Shown piece after piece: positions 60,633 through 64,000 of a stretch of DNA of 64,000 nucleotides. Below the pieces are notes generated by a model. It worked only from the letters and a program-made list of their open reading frames with translations. It did no database searches and was not told the origin of the DNA. The position numbers and the translations under genes were made by a program. Each line of letters begins with the position of its first letter. Position 1 is the stretch's first letter. The DNA comes from a bacterium (GTDB lineage: Bacteria; Zhuqueibacterota; QNDG01). The stretch is from positions 6,757 through 70,756 of the forward strand of contig JAGGVB010000065.1 of NCBI GenBank assembly GCA_021158245.1. Direction: 5' to 3'.

Positions 60633-62126
60633 TTATTGCTTTTCATTAACACACTTTTCATACAGCGATACATATCTTGTTGCAGCAATCTCCCATGAGC
60701 TGTTTCTCTGCATACACCTCTTTTGTATATTTTTCCATTCTTCTTTATTTGCCCAAAATTTCAAAGCACTGTTTATCCCTTTTAAAAGGCCTGTAGCACT
60801 GTACTTTTCAAAAGTAAAACCTGTTCCTTCACCTTTCTTGTTAGTTACAGGAATAATCGTATCAACAAGGCCTCCTGTTAACCTTACAATCGGTACTGTT
60901 CCGTAGCGCATACAATAGAGCTGGGTAAAACCGCACGGTTCATAAAGAGAAGGTATAAGCACCATATCCGACCCTGCAACAACAAGATGCAATTTATCCT
61001 TTGCAAAAGAGTTAATAAACCTGATACGGCCTTTCCATTTTTTCTCAGCCTTTGTAAAAAACGTTTCAAACTCCTGAGTACCGCTTCCCATAACAATAAG
61101 GCCTATCGGATTCTTCATTAACTTTTCAAGACTTTCTTTTACAAGATCAATCCCTTTTCTGCTTTCGAGTTCAGTAATCATACAAACAACAGGACTTTCA
61201 ATGCCTGTTTTTAAGGATAGCTCTTCTCTCAAAGCTTTTCTGTTTTCCTCCCTGCCTTCAATCTCCTCAGAGGAAAAAGCAGAAGAAATCAATGAATCAT
61301 TTTGCGGATTCCACTCAGTATAATCTATCCCGTTAACAGCGCTGGCGAAATGACCTTTTCTCTCTTTAACAACATCATAAACTTTTTTAACAGAATCACA
61401 CCCGTTTAAAACATCCTTGAGATACGTATCACTTAATGTATTGATAAAATCCGCATGAGCTACGCCTCCACGAAGGAAACTGCAATCTCCTTTTAAATTG
61501 AGTGAACTATTTTCAAAGCTGAAATTATTATCAGAAGACAGAAATTCCGCACATGATTTATCAAAAACACCCGACTCGGCAAAATCATAAACAGTAAATA
61601 GCGTTGAACACTTGTCAAAAAACGGATTTGTATTATAAATTGTCTTTAAAAACCAGGGGATCAACCCTGCCTGCCATCCATGGCAGTGAATCACATCAGG
61701 CTGCCATTGAAGCCTGATAAGGGTCTCAAGCACACTCTTGGAAAACAGAATAAATCTCTTTGCATTGTCCTTAAAAGGTACACCGCTTTTATGGTCTTTA
61801 TAAAGTCCGATACGTGCGAAAAACGGTTTATAATCAATAAAGTATACTTGTATTTTGGAATTCGGCAAAAATGAAGATTTTACATTAATCGTTACCTTCT
61901 CTCCACCAAGAGGTATTTCAATATCCTGCAGACGTATTACATCCCTCAAAATGTAACGTCTTTCATCAATAACTCTGTACTGGGGAGTAATCAGCCGGAT
62001 ATCATGCCCGAGATCCTTTAATTCTTTGGGGATAGAACCTCCGAGATCACTGAGTTCTCCGGTTCGGGTAAACGGACTAATCTCCGGTAAAGCCATTAAT
62101 ATTTTATATTTTCTACTCATATCCAA
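60633..62126 (-). CDS. glgA: Glycogen synthase-like GT5 protein with substituted catalytic motifs
   Basis: Full-length GlgA architecture (DNAKRF, NGIDY..WNP, PSLYEPCGFTQL..MRYG, TGGLVDT, SWE) but RTGEL, HCHGWQ and ITEL replace KTGGL, HxHDW and xSRL. Confidence 0.75.
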   Translation of the reverse strand: MDMSRKYKILMALPEISPFTRTGELSDLGGSIPKELKDLGHDIRLITPQYRVIDERRYILRDVIRLQDIEIPLGGEKVTINVKSSFLPNSKIQVYFIDYKPFFARIGLYKDHKSGVPFKDNAKRFILFSKSVLETLIRLQWQPDVIHCHGWQAGLIPWFLKTIYNTNPFFDKCSTLFTVYDFAESGVFDKSCAEFLSSDNNFSFENSSLNLKGDCSFLRGGVAHADFINTLSDTYLKDVLNGCDSVKKVYDVVKERKGHFASAVNGIDYTEWNPQNDSLISSAFSSEEIEGREENRKALREELSLKTGIESPVVCMITELESRKGIDLVKESLEKLMKNPIGLIVMGSGTQEFETFFTKAEKKWKGRIRFINSFAKDKLHLVVAGSDMVLIPSLYEPCGFTQLYCMRYGTVPIVRLTGGLVDTIIPVTNKKGEGTGFTFEKYSATGLLKGINSALKFWANKEEWKNIQKRCMQRNSSWEIAATRYVSLYEKCVNEKQ

Positions 62127-62207
62127 CCCCTCTTCAGGTTGTAAGATCTTCTTTTATGTCCCCGGCAATTAGCCTGATAAGGAGATCAATAAGACTGAAC
62201 CGGAAAT

Positions 62208-63005
62208 TTATTTAATCTGAGCAATAAATCTCTGAGCAACACTTACATATTCGCTTGTAGGATAGTTATCTATTAATTTCTGGAACTCTTCTTTGGCCTT
62301 TGCTTTATTATTCAGCCTGAGTTGACACAAGCCTAATTTCAACTGCGCATCATCATCTTTATTTGAGTTTGAAAAAGAAAAAACTTTCTCAAATGAGAGT
62401 GCGGCTTCTTCATACTTTCCCAAACCATAATAGCATTCGCCTATCCAATACTGGCAATTATCAGAAAGTGAATTATAACTTCCCGAGTCAAGCAGGTTTT
62501 CAAATTTCTGTATTGCATCCATAAAATGCCTGCTCCTGTAAGTCTGCAAAGCTTCCTGATACCTGTCAGCAAAAGAGCGGCCCTTCCATGATACGGGTGT
62601 TGTTTTATCAGCAGTCGCAGAATTCAAGTTTGAAATAGACTTTTCCTGTGTGTTCACTATATTCTGCAGCTTATTTTTCTCAGCTTCAGTACTCTTATTT
62701 TCAGCTTCAAGTGTGTTTAATTTCTGCTGCAGGTTAGCAGCACCGGTATCAGACTTGACTGCTTTACTGTCTCCTTTTTCCCCGACTCCCAAAAGCCGGA
62801 GCACGTCATCTTCGCCTAAAGTCTCATTGCTCTTTTTCTGCGTGTCCTCTTCAACAAGGCCTAATAGTTCATCGATATTTGCCGAATCACCTGAAACCGC
62901 TTCTTCCCTTCTGTTTTTGCTCGTTGATGCACAACCGGCAAAAATCAAAAAAGAAAGCAAAAAAACAGCTACAAGGAAACAAAGAATAAATCTGTCCCTA
63001 TTCAT
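62208..63005 (-). CDS. cpoB: CpoB/YbgF-like TPR lipoprotein
   Basis: Lipobox FAGC; coiled coil; DNCQYWIGECYY, NKDDDAQLKLG, LIDNYPTS. Confidence 0.7.
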   Translation of the reverse strand: MNRDRFILCFLVAVFLLSFLIFAGCASTSKNRREEAVSGDSANIDELLGLVEEDTQKKSNETLGEDDVLRLLGVGEKGDSKAVKSDTGAANLQQKLNTLEAENKSTEAEKNKLQNIVNTQEKSISNLNSATADKTTPVSWKGRSFADRYQEALQTYRSRHFMDAIQKFENLLDSGSYNSLSDNCQYWIGECYYGLGKYEEAALSFEKVFSFSNSNKDDDAQLKLGLCQLRLNNKAKAKEEFQKLIDNYPTSEYVSVAQRFIAQIK

Positions 63006-63170
63006 AAGGTGCCCCTCTTTTTAAGAATTATTCTTGAATAATAAATTTACTGAAAATAATTAAAAAAATCAAGCATTTTAATAATTGTTATCACAATAAC
63101 TTATCCGGCCTCCTTAAAATTATTTTAAATCCCGTCTGCGCTTCACAGTACACATTAACCGATTTTCGTT

Positions 63171-64000
63171 CTAATAGATAAATCTTTTTACAGAAATATT
63201 GGATACCAGCCCCATAAGTATAAAAAGCATAACAAGGGACGAACCTCCGTAGCTTAAAAAAGGCAGTGCCATACCTGTAACCGGAAACAGGCCTACTGCC
63301 ATACCGCTGTTTATCACTATCTGTGAAACAATCAAACCGAAAACACCTGCAGAAACAAGGCTGTCAAAATCATCCCTTGCAAGGCGTGCAACAGATATTA
63401 ACGATGCAAGTAAAAGGAAATAGAAAATAAAAACAACTGTTATACCCAAAAATCCAAATTCTTCACCGAGAAGTGAAATAATAAAATCAGTATGTTGCTC
63501 AGGAAGGAACCTTAGCTGTGATTGAGAACCGTGCAGGAAGCCTTTGCCCAAAAACCCTCCTGACCCGATTGCAACCTTTGACTGGATTACCTGATATGCT
63601 GATCCGTGTGGGTCAGATTTTATTCCGAGAAATATTAATATCCGTTCCTGCTGGTAAGCTGCAAGTTTTGACCAGAAAAATCCGGAAAAAACTCCTGCAA
63701 CTCCACAGAAAACAGAATACAAAGATGCAGCCCACCATTTTTTCAGCCATACAAAGGCCCAGACTGTTATTCCCGCAGCAACAATAATAAATGCAGGCAG
63801 ATAAAATCCTGATAAGAGAACTGCAAAAGGTGCAACAAGTAAAAATATCCAGTTCAGAGAAATTCCCGCCCAAACTGCCATAACCGCCCAGATAAAAAGG
63901 AAAAGTATTGCAGTGCCCATATCAGGTTCTTCTGCAATCAGGAGAAAATACGGAACTACAATCAAAAGGCTCACAAACATTCTTTTCCACTCCGGTGTTC
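63171..64000 (-). CDS. rodA: Rod shape-determining SEDS protein RodA (5' end outside window)
   Basis: EPDMGTA, YQVIQSKVAIGSGG..GKG, FLPEQHTDFI, TGMALPFLSYGGSS; frame open to the window edge. Confidence 0.88.
   Translation of the reverse strand, partial: TPEWKRMFVSLLIVVPYFLLIAEEPDMGTAILFLFIWAVMAVWAGISLNWIFLLVAPFAVLLSGFYLPAFIIVAAGITVWAFVWLKKWWAASLYSVFCGVAGVFSGFFWSKLAAYQQERILIFLGIKSDPHGSAYQVIQSKVAIGSGGFLGKGFLHGSQSQLRFLPEQHTDFIISLLGEEFGFLGITVVFIFYFLLLASLISVARLARDDFDSLVSAGVFGLIVSQIVINSGMAVGLFPVTGMALPFLSYGGSSLVMLFILMGLVSNISVKRFIY

Noticed and set aside
5807-63873. Many 60-185 aa ORFs overlapping the long genes (e.g. 44747..45304, 25956..26384)
   Set aside because: They are antisense or out-of-frame shadows of well-supported genes and have no recognisable motifs.
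1-64000. CRISPR arrays, tRNA/rRNA genes, transposases, integrases, ops/JUMPStart element
   Set aside because: None was recognised by eye; intergenic gaps are short and lack repeat-spacer or cloverleaf patterns. A covariance-model search was not possible.

Overview
AT-rich bacterial chromosomal window, probably from an FCB-group organism (KSB1/Calditrichota-like; inferred from Sec signal peptides followed by Gln and from gene content). Left end (+): a partial TPR protein, a DUF3187-like beta-barrel, a beta-helix lipoprotein and typA. Almost everything from 5.3 to 59.7 kb is minus-strand surface-glycan biosynthesis. It has two parts: (i) a six-gene polyprenyl-phospho-arabinose-type cassette (UbiA/GtrA/DprE1/DprE2/GT-C/HAD), and (ii) a roughly 49 kb Wzx/Wzy-type locus with wza, wzc, a priming transferase, wzx, a Wzy/WaaL-like gene and many GT2/GT4/GT-C enzymes. 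The large locus carries an unusually rich tailoring set: two AsnB paralogues (one lacking the catalytic Cys), a GlpD-like flavoprotein, two fusion enzymes, two methyltransferases, a carbamoyltransferase and RfbH. It also holds two decayed genes (a GT2 and a sulfotransferase) and two unrelated secreted proteins that end in the same D-x-T-P-P-x-x-P-T-G-V tail, the best candidate for an undescribed system here. Right end (-): a STAS protein, a GlgA-like protein with substituted catalytic motifs, a CpoB-like TPR lipoprotein and partial rodA. No rRNA, tRNA, CRISPR array or mobile element was recognised. All family calls come from motif recognition by eye, not database searches.
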